Below, in pieces: positions 21,102-29,678 of a DNA stretch of 64,000 bases. This DNA is from Bacteroidota bacterium (lineage in GTDB: Bacteria; Bacteroidota; Bacteroidia; Sphingobacteriales; Sphingobacteriaceae): positions 10,931 to 74,930 of the forward strand of contig JAHJVW010000080.1 of the NCBI GenBank assembly GCA_018828585.1, in the 5' to 3' direction. A program made the position numbers and the translations under genes. The notes below the pieces were generated by a model. It was not told the DNA's origin, made no database searches, and saw only the letters and a list, made by a program, of their open reading frames with translations. The stretch's first letter is position 1; each line of letters opens with the position of its first letter.

Positions 21102-22955
21102 TTATTTTGTTAATTCATAAACATAGGCGGTTCTAGCTGGTAAAACAATGGTAGTAAATCCACCTAATAGTTTACCATTCGTGATTTCCTTGGCTCCTGT
21201 AAAGCCATTGGTGCGTTCATCAAAACGCTTTAAATCCAAATTCTTTACCTCATCATTGCCGTTATAAATCACCATTACCGTTTTATCATTATCGTATCTG
21301 AAATACACATAAATTCCATCTACTGGAACATACTGCATCATTTTCCCTGTTTGTAAAGCGGGTGTGTTTTTGCGGTAATTCGCTAGGGTTTTAATATAAT
21401 TGAAAGCTTCATTTTCTTTGGACGTTCTACCTGATGAGGTGAATTTATTGGTTTGATCTGCCTTCCATCCTCCTAAAAAGTCAGCTCTTAATAAACCATC
21501 GGGATTATTAACCCCTGGCATTGCTAATTCGGTTCCATAATATATTTGAGGAACACCACGTAAAGTGAGCAACATGGCTAAACCTGATTTGAATTTGGTG
21601 AAATCCTCTCCGACTCCAGAATAGAATCGAGTGATATCATGATTATCTAAAAATATCACATTTCGATAAGCATCCTGATAAAGGTAATCGCTGGCCAATA
21701 CAGTATATAATTCATTCACTCCCTCTGTCCATCCAAATTTCTGATTGAGCGCATCTAATAAAGAGAAATGGACCTGAAAATCGGTAGTTGCAGGCAATTC
21801 AGTATCTATTTTTTGATTAACTGTTTTCCCTTGTGTGAAATAAGCCTGATTCGCCATTCCATGTACGTAGGTTTCTCCATATAAAGTGAAGTTTGGGTAT
21901 TCATCTTTCACTCTTTTTTGCCAGTGGGCCATGAATTCAAGGTTATTGTAGGGGTAAGTATCAATCCTAAAACCGTCAACTCCTGCATATTCTATCCAAA
22001 ATATATAACTCTGTTCTATGTAGTTGGCAACCATCTGATTTTCTTGATTCATATCGGGCATGTGATAATCAAACCAACCATTCTGCATTAATTTCTTATC
22101 AGCTGCGGAGGCGTGTGGATCAAATAAAGTTTGATCTTTATAAGTAGTTCTAGTGAATGAAGGCCACTGATGCACCCAATCTTTAAAAGGTTTATCCAAA
22201 ACGGTCCAATGTTGCGAGCCCACATGATTAGGCACCACATCCATCACAATTTTCATCTCTTTTTGATGCGCATCTTCTACTAGTTTTTTATACAATTCAT
22301 TAGTTCCATAACGAGGATCTATCTTGTAATTTTCGGTGTTAGCATAACCATGATAAGATGTTTTAAACTCATCATTCTCCTGAACGGGTGTTAACCATAG
22401 TGCAGTTGCGCCCAAATCTTTCAAATAATCTAAATGATCAATAATTCCTTGTATATCCCCACCGTGGCGATAATACATAGAATCACGACTGAAAGTCTGG
22501 TCTTTTAAACCCGAGATTTTATCGTTGCTGTAATTGCCATTGGCAAACCGATCAGGCATAATTAAGTAAATCAAATCTTTATCGGTTACTCCCTGAGCTA
22601 AAGTCCCCTTATTTCTTGCTTTCAATTGATAGCTATATATCAGATTTTTTTTTCCTTTTAGGGAAAAGATAATATCGAACTTACCGGGTTGTGCATCATC
22701 ACTTATCAACAAGTTGAGGAACATATAATTTGGATTTTCGACCTTTTCCACACTCTTTAAACTTACTCCAGAATAATCAATTTGAACCTCTCTTTGCGAG
22801 ATTTCATTACCATGGACGATTAATTGAAGCTGATGATTTTTAAAACCCACCCACCAAAAAGAGGGCTCAACTCGCTCTAAATCAGCTAATTTTTGCGCCG
22901 AAATCGTTTGCGTAAATGTTAAAAAAATTATAACTATGGCGAATACTCTTTTCAT
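21102..22955 (-). CDS. GH13 cyclomaltodextrinase/neopullulanase (SusA-like), periplasmic
   Basis: Signal peptide; N-domain RVEPSFWWVG; YLIMPDRFANG, DGFRIDT, FLDNHD. Confidence 0.88.
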   Translation of the reverse strand: MKRVFAIVIIFLTFTQTISAQKLADLERVEPSFWWVGFKNHQLQLIVHGNEISQREVQIDYSGVSLKSVEKVENPNYMFLNLLISDDAQPGKFDIIFSLKGKKNLIYSYQLKARNKGTLAQGVTDKDLIYLIMPDRFANGNYSNDKISGLKDQTFSRDSMYYRHGGDIQGIIDHLDYLKDLGATALWLTPVQENDEFKTSYHGYANTENYKIDPRYGTNELYKKLVEDAHQKEMKIVMDVVPNHVGSQHWTVLDKPFKDWVHQWPSFTRTTYKDQTLFDPHASAADKKLMQNGWFDYHMPDMNQENQMVANYIEQSYIFWIEYAGVDGFRIDTYPYNNLEFMAHWQKRVKDEYPNFTLYGETYVHGMANQAYFTQGKTVNQKIDTELPATTDFQVHFSLLDALNQKFGWTEGVNELYTVLASDYLYQDAYRNVIFLDNHDITRFYSGVGEDFTKFKSGLAMLLTLRGVPQIYYGTELAMPGVNNPDGLLRADFLGGWKADQTNKFTSSGRTSKENEAFNYIKTLANYRKNTPALQTGKMMQYVPVDGIYVYFRYDNDKTVMVIYNGNDEVKNLDLKRFDERTNGFTGAKEITNGKLLGGFTTIVLPARTAYVYELTK

Positions 22956-23004
22956 TTTAAAGGGATTTATGCTTTGGCTTAGGCCAGAAATTGGTTTAAT
23001 TGAT

Positions 23005-23012
23005 CAAATTTA
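23005..23012 (-). promoter_or_regulatory. Candidate Bacteroidetes -7 promoter element for the alpha-glucan cluster
   Basis: TAAATTTG (TAnnTTTG consensus) 50 nt upstream of the 22955 start; the motif also occurs by chance in AT-rich DNA. Confidence 0.4.
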
Positions 23013-23092
23013 AAATTATTTTCGCTTCTGCATCTGATTTTTTATATTTTTTTTCTGTGGATTAAATTTGGCTTAAATCAATTGCTAAATTT

Positions 23093-23100
23093 TATATTTG
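23093..23100 (+). promoter_or_regulatory. Bacteroidetes -7 promoter element directly before the luxE-like gene
   Basis: TATATTTG with TTTG at 23067-23070; ATG follows 4 nt later. Confidence 0.55.
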
Positions 23101-23104
23101 ATTA

Positions 23105-24073
23105 ATGAGAATTTTCAATATCAGGAACGAAGATGAATTTAACCATATTTGTTTAGATGTCTTTAAGCTTCAGTTCAATACTGTTCCCGTTTATCACGAT
23201 TTTGTATCTGCATTAAATTCCAATCCTGATAAGATTACAAATTACAAGGACATTCCATTTTTACCTGTCGAATTTTTTAAATCACACACTGTAATTGAAG
23301 ACCTAGCTTTCGCCGATGTAGTTTTCTCGAGCTCTGGCACTACTGGAACGCAAACTAGCAAACATTATGTTCAAGATGCGCAGGTTTATGAAGATAGCTA
23401 TTTAAATGGTTTTGAGCATTTTTATGGTGACGTGAAAGATATTTGCATTCTGGCTTTATTGCCGAGCTATTTAGAAAGAGAAGGATCTTCATTAATATAT
23501 ATGGTGGAAGACTTGGTTAAAAAGTCTGGACATCCAGAAAGTGGATTCTTTTTGCATAATCATTCCGATTTATTTGAAACACTGGCCATCTTAAAAGCTA
23601 AAAGCCAAAAGACTTTATTGATAGGCGTCACTTATGCTCTGCTAGATTTTATAGAAAAATATCCCATACACTTCCCTGATTTATTAGTGATGGAAACAGG
23701 TGGAATGAAAGGAAAGCGTAAAGAGATGGTTCGCGAAGAGCTTCATCAAACACTTTGTAAAGGCTTTGATGTAAATAAAATACATTCTGAATACGGCATG
23801 ACAGAGTTACTATCTCAAGCCTATTCGAAAGGTGACGGAATTTTCGAATGCCCGCCTTGGATGAAAGTAGTCACCAGAGATACCAATGATCCTTTATCCA
23901 TTTTAGAAAATGGAAAAACTGGAGGAATTAATGTGATTGATTTGGCAAATGTGCATTCCTGTTCTTTTATTGCTACTCAAGATTTAGGTAAAACTTATCC
24001 AAACGGAACTTTTGAAGTTTTAGGGCGATTTGATAATAGTGATATTAGAGGATGTAATTTGATGGTGGGATAA
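23105..24073 (+). CDS. LuxE-like acyl-protein synthetase / acyl transferase
   Basis: IPFLPVEFFK, FSSSGTTG, ETGGMKG, HSEYGMTELLSQAY, FIATQDLG, GRFDNSDIRGC. Confidence 0.8.
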   Translation: MRIFNIRNEDEFNHICLDVFKLQFNTVPVYHDFVSALNSNPDKITNYKDIPFLPVEFFKSHTVIEDLAFADVVFSSSGTTGTQTSKHYVQDAQVYEDSYLNGFEHFYGDVKDICILALLPSYLEREGSSLIYMVEDLVKKSGHPESGFFLHNHSDLFETLAILKAKSQKTLLIGVTYALLDFIEKYPIHFPDLLVMETGGMKGKRKEMVREELHQTLCKGFDVNKIHSEYGMTELLSQAYSKGDGIFECPPWMKVVTRDTNDPLSILENGKTGGINVIDLANVHSCSFIATQDLGKTYPNGTFEVLGRFDNSDIRGCNLMVG

Positions 24074-24078
24074 AACGA

Positions 24079-24100
24079 AAAAGAGGTTTTGCAACCTCTT
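24079..24100. terminator. Bidirectional terminator between luxE-like gene and tyrS
   Basis: AAAGAGGTT-TTGC-AACCTCTTT. Confidence 0.65.
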
Positions 24101-24124
24101 TCAATTCCATATTTATATCTCTAA

Positions 24125-25408
24125 CTATTCTACAATAATCAAAAAATAATTCTTTTTCCCTTTTTGCGCCACCAGAAATTTATCATTGATTAAATCCGAA
24201 ACCTCAAAAATCTTTTCAGGACTTTGAACTTTTTCACGATTTACAGAAACCCCTCCCCCAGCAATCATTTTCTTTGCCTCACCTTTTGATGGAAAAATGG
24301 AAGTTTTATCTGCCATTAAAGTCAACACATCGTATCCATTATCAAATTCAGTTTTAGAAATATTGAATTGAGGAATTCCTTCAAAAACAGCTAAAACACC
24401 CTCATCATCTAAAGAACTTAAAAAATCTAAAGAACCATTTCCAAAAAGAAAATCAGTAGTTTTTAATGCCATTTCTAAAGCATCAACTCCATGTACTCGT
24501 TCGGTAATATCGGTAGCTAAAGCTTTTTGTAATTCCCTTTGATGTGGAGCTTCCTTATGTTTATTGATTAATAGCTTTACTTCTTGCAAATTTAGGAAAG
24601 TGAAAATTTTGATATAATTTGCAGCATCCTCATCCGAAGCATTCAACCAAAACTGATAGAATTGATACGGACTTGTTTTCTTTGCATCTAACCACACATT
24701 TCCGCCTTCGGTTTTACCAAATTTAGTCCCGTCTGATTTTTTAATTAAAGGAGACGTTAACGCAAAAGCTTGTCCGCCGTCTTTTCTTCTAATGAATTCT
24801 GTCCCGGTTACAATATTTCCCCACTGATCTGAACCACCCATCTGAAGCACACAATTTTTGTGTTTCCACAGATAGTAAAAATCGTATCCTTGAACCAGTT
24901 GATAAGAAAATTCAGTGAAAGACATCCCCACTTCACTTTCTAAACGCTTCTTTACAGAATCCTTCGCCATCATATAATTTACCGTGATATGCTTACCCAC
25001 ATCTCTGATAAAATCTAAAAAAGTAAAGCTTTTAAACCAGTCGTAATTATTTACAATTTCAGCACTGTTTGCGCCACAATCAAAATCTAAAAAACGTTCT
25101 AACTGAGATTGAATTCCTTCTAGGTTATGATTTAAAATATCTTCGGACAATAAATTTCTTTCCTGAGATTTACCAGAAGGATCACCCACCATTCCGGTTG
25201 CGCCACCTACTAAAGCAAAAGGCTTATGCCCAGCTTGTTGGAAACGCATTAAAGTAAATATCTGAAGTAAACTTCCTACATGTAAAGAATCTGCCGTTGG
25301 ATCGAAACCTATATAACCTGCCGCCATACCTTTAGCTAGTTCTTCTTCGGTCCCAGGCATGATATCATGCAACAATCCTCGCCAACGTAATTCTTCAACA
25401 AAATTCAT
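24125..25408 (-). CDS. tyrS: Tyrosine--tRNA ligase
   Basis: GFDPTADSLHVG (HIGH-like), GGSDQWGN, KFGKT (KMSKS-like), C-terminal S4 domain. Confidence 0.97.
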   Translation of the reverse strand: MNFVEELRWRGLLHDIMPGTEEELAKGMAAGYIGFDPTADSLHVGSLLQIFTLMRFQQAGHKPFALVGGATGMVGDPSGKSQERNLLSEDILNHNLEGIQSQLERFLDFDCGANSAEIVNNYDWFKSFTFLDFIRDVGKHITVNYMMAKDSVKKRLESEVGMSFTEFSYQLVQGYDFYYLWKHKNCVLQMGGSDQWGNIVTGTEFIRRKDGGQAFALTSPLIKKSDGTKFGKTEGGNVWLDAKKTSPYQFYQFWLNASDEDAANYIKIFTFLNLQEVKLLINKHKEAPHQRELQKALATDITERVHGVDALEMALKTTDFLFGNGSLDFLSSLDDEGVLAVFEGIPQFNISKTEFDNGYDVLTLMADKTSIFPSKGEAKKMIAGGGVSVNREKVQSPEKIFEVSDLINDKFLVAQKGKKNYFLIIVE

Positions 25409-25448
25409 CTTTCTGATATTTTAAAATTTGTATTATCTTTCAAAAGCG

Positions 25449-25456
25449 CAAATATA
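25449..25456 (-). promoter_or_regulatory. Bacteroidetes -7 promoter element for tyrS
   Basis: TATATTTG 40 nt upstream of the tyrS ATG. Confidence 0.55.
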
Positions 25457-25513
25457 GGATTTCGCGAGAAATTGTATCATTATAATTATGAAAACGTAAA
25501 GGTTAGGAAGTAT

Positions 25514-26188
25514 ATGAATTTTTTATCTCATTATTATTTCGATAAAGCAAAGACCAATTCTTACGAAATTGTAGGTATGGTTCTTCCTGATTTGTTGAAA
25601 AATGCAGATAAAAATTGGAATGCTCATCCCGAAAAGCATGAACATCTATTTAAAAGCGATGACCATTTAGCTTTATTAAATGGATGGAAAAGACATTTGG
25701 CGGTTGATCAATTATTTCACAACTCTACTTTCTTTAAACATCATCAACACCAAATCAAATTACGAATCAGAGAAAATCTTGAAGATTCTCCAGTAAAGCC
25801 ATTTTTTTTAGGCCATATTAGTTTGGAGCTGATGCTAGATAGTTTATTGATGACTCATCAAATGATCAACGTTGATCAGTTTTATAAACATTTAGAGCAG
25901 GTGGAAAATCATATTTTAGAAGAATTTCTTCTTTTAAATGGTATTGAAAACACGGATAAGTTTTTTCATTTTTTTGAGATGTTTAAAAAGGAAAAATATT
26001 TATTTAGTTATATCAATCCCGAAAAAATCACTTATGCTCTCAGGCGTATTTGCATGAGGTTATGGAAAAATCCTTTTACTTTGGAGCAAGAAACTGCGCT
26101 AACTTATTCTTTATTAGATTATAAAAAAAGCCTCTCAGAAGAATTTATATTTATATTTGAAATGATTGATGCGCAATTAAACCAATGA
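25514..26188 (+). CDS. ACP phosphodiesterase (AcpH/DUF479)-like protein
   Basis: Start moved to MNFLSHYY; G..LPD and H..VD..FH motifs resemble the AcpH family. Confidence 0.6.
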   Translation: MNFLSHYYFDKAKTNSYEIVGMVLPDLLKNADKNWNAHPEKHEHLFKSDDHLALLNGWKRHLAVDQLFHNSTFFKHHQHQIKLRIRENLEDSPVKPFFLGHISLELMLDSLLMTHQMINVDQFYKHLEQVENHILEEFLLLNGIENTDKFFHFFEMFKKEKYLFSYINPEKITYALRRICMRLWKNPFTLEQETALTYSLLDYKKSLSEEFIFIFEMIDAQLNQ

Positions 26189-27270
26189 TAAAAAGGTCGT
26201 TGTTTCTACTTATATTTTCTCTGCCCATGTTTCTTTTTGCCCAAAAAAGAAAATATTCTAACGAGTTTTTACAAATTGGAGTAGGTTCCAGAGCTTTTGG
26301 AATGGCAGGTTCAGTGGTTTCTTCTATAAGCGATGTAACCTCAGGATATTGGAATCCGGCAGGATTAATCAATATGAAATCAAATACTCAATTCAGTTTA
26401 ATGCACTCTGAATATTTTGCAGGAATAGCCAAATATGATTATGCTGGTTTTGCCACTTTTGTTGCTGATAAAACTGCAGTAATTAGTGCTTCTTTGATTC
26501 GTTTTGGAGTTGATGATATACCCGATACTTCTGAATTAATAGATGCGGACGGTAATATTAATTACGATCGGGTAAAGTCTTTTTCGAGTGCAGATTATGC
26601 ATTTTTATTTAGTTACGCCCGAAACCAGAAAAAAAGAAAAGAAGGCGAAAATGGTTTAAGTTACGGGGCGAATGTTAAAATCATACATCGTAAAATTGGA
26701 GATTATGGAAAATCATGGGGATTTGGGTTAGATATTGGCGCACAATATCAACTGAATCATTTCAAATTTGCAGCTGTTGGACGTGATATCACCACAACTT
26801 TTAATGCATGGAGTTATAATCCCGATAAGTTTTCAAGTATTTATACTGCAACCGGAAATGATATTCCCAAAAACACTACTGAAACAACATTACCAAGAAT
26901 CATATTAGGTACCGCTTACGAAGCAAAGCTTTCTCAGAATTTTGGATTAACTACCGAACTTGATTTTAATTTAACTACAGATGGTAAAAGGAATGTCTTA
27001 GTTTCAGCAGCACCGGTAAGTATTGATCCAACTGTAGGATTTGAAGCTGACTATAAAAAAATTGTGTTTTTACGCACTGGTATAGGAAACATCCAAAAAA
27101 CCACAAATTTCGATGGCTCCCAACAATACAGCCTTCAACCTAATTTAGGTTTAGGTATTAAGATCAAAAAATTTTCGATTGATTATGCTTTAACAGATAT
27201 TGGTAATCAAAGCGATGGTTTGTATAGCAATGTTTTTTCTATCAGAATAGATTTCGACAAAGGTAAATAG
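26185..27270 (+). CDS. PorV/PorQ-family outer-membrane beta-barrel (T9SS PorV-like)
   Basis: Signal peptide; KYSNEFLQIGVGSRAFGM...YWNPAGL N-terminus; barrel-like C-terminus. Confidence 0.7.
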   Translation: MIKRSLFLLIFSLPMFLFAQKRKYSNEFLQIGVGSRAFGMAGSVVSSISDVTSGYWNPAGLINMKSNTQFSLMHSEYFAGIAKYDYAGFATFVADKTAVISASLIRFGVDDIPDTSELIDADGNINYDRVKSFSSADYAFLFSYARNQKKRKEGENGLSYGANVKIIHRKIGDYGKSWGFGLDIGAQYQLNHFKFAAVGRDITTTFNAWSYNPDKFSSIYTATGNDIPKNTTETTLPRIILGTAYEAKLSQNFGLTTELDFNLTTDGKRNVLVSAAPVSIDPTVGFEADYKKIVFLRTGIGNIQKTTNFDGSQQYSLQPNLGLGIKIKKFSIDYALTDIGNQSDGLYSNVFSIRIDFDKGK

Positions 27271-27342
27271 TGGATTAATTAAGTACTGCTATTGGATGAT
27301 TAGCTGCTTTTTTGACACCCCTTTTAGAAATTATAAAAACAA

Positions 27343-27375
27343 AAAATACCGAAAGCATTTCGCTTTCGGTATTTT
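27343..27375. terminator. Bidirectional terminator between PorV-like and L,D-transpeptidase genes
   Basis: AAAATACCGAAAGC / GCTTTCGGTATTTT perfect 14-bp stem. Confidence 0.85.
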
Positions 27376-27417
27376 AATTTTGTTAAGCCTAATTCTTTAT
27401 TTTAAAATCAAATATCT

Positions 27418-28875
27418 TTAATTAGGCATATAAGCTTTGAACTTGTTCAATAAAAGTTTATCATAACCGTAAACATCATTAGCAGTAATCAAAGCTCCAT
27501 TGTCATCCGTGAATGCTGTATAATAGGAGATAAAAACAGGTACAGGATTTTGAATCTTCACCCAACGTGAATCAGCTTTCTGACCTCTTGACGCGGCCTC
27601 TGTTTCATTTATAATTTTTTCGGATTCGCTTTTATCATTCAATAAAAACTCTTGCAATTTCATAGGTTGTTCAACCCTAATACATCCATGACTCACTGCT
27701 CTCATATCTTGTTTGAACATTGCTTGAGCAGGCGTGTCATGTAAATAAATTGCATAAGGATTAGTGAAAATGAATTTAATTTGCCCCAACGAATTATCAG
27801 CTCCAGGGTTTTGTTTGAAGGAATACTCATCAATATTGGCATTATTCCAATCCACATTGGACGCTTCAACTAATTCACCATTTTTATAAGCAACCATATT
27901 TTTAGCTTCCAAATAATAAGAATCTTTTTTAAGGCTTGCTAATATCTCTGTTGAGGCGATGCTTTCTGGTATATTCCATACTGGATTTACTTGCATCCTA
28001 TTTACCATTCCACTTAAAATTGGTGTTTCATGCCCTCCGGCTTCACCAACACAAACTTTCATTTTTAACGCTGTAGTGTTATTTTCTATTAGTCTTAATT
28101 GAAATTCAGGAATATTAACCAGAAGGTACTTTCCTTTATATTCCTTAACAGGCCAACGTAATCTTTCCATGGAGAGGTAGATTTTTTGTCTTTCATCAGA
28201 GGTTAATTTCTTTTCTGCCGTTTCATCATTAATTAATAAATTTTGTAAACGTTGATAGTAACCATTTTTGGGCTGTATTTTCTTTAAAAAATTAATCATG
28301 TCTAATGAATCTAAAGTCTTTTCAGCATCAATAAAATTGGGTCTATCTACACTTACATAATAATTAGGTTGAATATTCTTTGGATTTACAGCGCCGTATT
28401 TTAAAATATTTGCATAATTAACTAGTCCATCTGCACTATATAACTCCAATTTTGCTAAAAGCGGATAGCTTTCGCTTACATTTTTAAATTTGGTAAACTT
28501 TAATGAATCCAAAAGAACAGTCATCTTATCCGCATGAAAAAATGAAGAATTGAGCCCATGAAACTTTGCATTTAAAAGATATTGATGTAAAGAATCGATT
28601 TTTCCATCGACTAAAAATTCATCCAATAATATTAACCCGTTATCATCTTGTTGATAAATCTTATCAATCCATTTTGGGTCATGAAGCTCTGGCTTAAGTT
28701 TTTCGAGTTCTTGTTTAAAAACCTCATCATAATCAGAAGCAACAAAATTTTTGTATTGCTTACTCTTGTAAACCTTTGATAATTTTCTACCAAATTCTTC
28801 ATGTCTGCTCTTAGAACAGGACACTATTAAGAAAGAACTTGCAATAAATAGTAGTATAATTTGTTTAATTCGCAT
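27418..28875 (-). CDS. L,D-transpeptidase (YkuD domain, YcbB/LdtD-like scaffold), lipoprotein
   Basis: LIVSC lipobox; VNIPEFQL, NPVWNIP, IYLHDTP...SHGCIRV catalytic H/C. Confidence 0.88.
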   Translation of the reverse strand: MRIKQIILLFIASSFLIVSCSKSRHEEFGRKLSKVYKSKQYKNFVASDYDEVFKQELEKLKPELHDPKWIDKIYQQDDNGLILLDEFLVDGKIDSLHQYLLNAKFHGLNSSFFHADKMTVLLDSLKFTKFKNVSESYPLLAKLELYSADGLVNYANILKYGAVNPKNIQPNYYVSVDRPNFIDAEKTLDSLDMINFLKKIQPKNGYYQRLQNLLINDETAEKKLTSDERQKIYLSMERLRWPVKEYKGKYLLVNIPEFQLRLIENNTTALKMKVCVGEAGGHETPILSGMVNRMQVNPVWNIPESIASTEILASLKKDSYYLEAKNMVAYKNGELVEASNVDWNNANIDEYSFKQNPGADNSLGQIKFIFTNPYAIYLHDTPAQAMFKQDMRAVSHGCIRVEQPMKLQEFLLNDKSESEKIINETEAASRGQKADSRWVKIQNPVPVFISYYTAFTDDNGALITANDVYGYDKLLLNKFKAYMPN

Positions 28876-29018
28876 ACCTTTTAATTTTATTGATTATTAG
28901 GCAAAACTTATACCCTTTTCGGCAAATCATATAGAAGACATAATGTTGGAAGGATTTTTGAAAACCAATTTTAATATTGTAATGTTACGTTAATAAGAAA
29001 ATTATAAATCCAATTATT

Positions 29019-29330
29019 ATGACAATCCAAGTTAATACCGACAATCACATTGAAGGAAAAGAAGAGTTGATCACTTATATATCAAATTTGTACAGTGAAA
29101 AACTGAGCCGTTTTGATGCTCATGTGACGAGAATAGAAATTCATCTAAGCGATGAGAATGCTGGTAAAGCTGGTTCAGATGATAAGAAATGTAATGTTGA
29201 AGCAAGATTAGAGGGACATGATCCAATTTTTGCAAGTGCTCAATCTGACGAAATGAATAAAGCCGTACATGAAGGACTGCATAAAATTAAAAGAGCAATT
29301 GAACACTCACTAGACAGAGCTAAAGCTTAA
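29019..29330 (+). CDS. hpf: HPF/RaiA ribosome hibernation factor (short form)
   Basis: MTIQVNTD...LSRF...ITRIEIHL.DEN...DKKC.VEARL pattern. Confidence 0.85.
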   Translation: MTIQVNTDNHIEGKEELITYISNLYSEKLSRFDAHVTRIEIHLSDENAGKAGSDDKKCNVEARLEGHDPIFASAQSDEMNKAVHEGLHKIKRAIEHSLDRAKA

Positions 29331-29335
29331 AATAA

Positions 29336-29369
29336 ACAGGAGCATTTTTATAAAATTATGCTCCTATTT
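29336..29369 (+). terminator. Terminator after hpf
   Basis: AGGAGCAT / ATGCTCCT stem followed by ATTTTT. Confidence 0.7.
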
Positions 29370-29479
29370 TTACACTGTTAATCCCCCTACTTAATCTTAT
29401 TTAATTAATTAATCAACTATAAACTCTGTCGAGTCTATAGCTTATACCTAATAATGGGTATTTATTCATTAAATAAAAC

Positions 29480-29509
29480 TTGATTATCTCTTTTAGGTTC
29501 TTATATTTG
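29480..29509 (+). promoter_or_regulatory. Bacteroidetes primary-sigma promoter of the his operon
   Basis: TTG (29480-82), 19-nt spacer, TATATTTG (29502-09), matching the -33/-7 consensus. Confidence 0.7.
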
Positions 29510-29547
29510 TCCAACGAAATTTCTCTCCATAGAAATTAAAAAAAGAC

Positions 29548-29610
29548 ATGAAAAGATTATTGACAACTCTACATCATCTACATCATCACCATTGCGGTGA
29601 TGTTATCTAG
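29548..29610 (+). CDS. hisL: His operon leader peptide MKRLLTTLHHLHHHHCGDVI
   Basis: Manual translation; 6 His codons in 7 positions; lies between the promoter and hisG. Confidence 0.85.
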   Translation: MKRLLTTLHHLHHHHCGDVI

Positions 29611-29678
29611 TATTGTTTTGTACGTCAAAACTTTTCAACTCTCAATTGTTTGTCTTTTATTAATAACCCAAAAAAATC

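Noticed and set aside
23105-24073. Bioluminescence (lux) operon
   Set aside because: No luxA/luxB/luxD, and the luxE-like and luxC-like genes are unlinked.
25409-25513. T-box riboswitch upstream of tyrS
   Set aside because: The leader is only about 40 nt after the promoter box, with no T-box or terminator/antiterminator.
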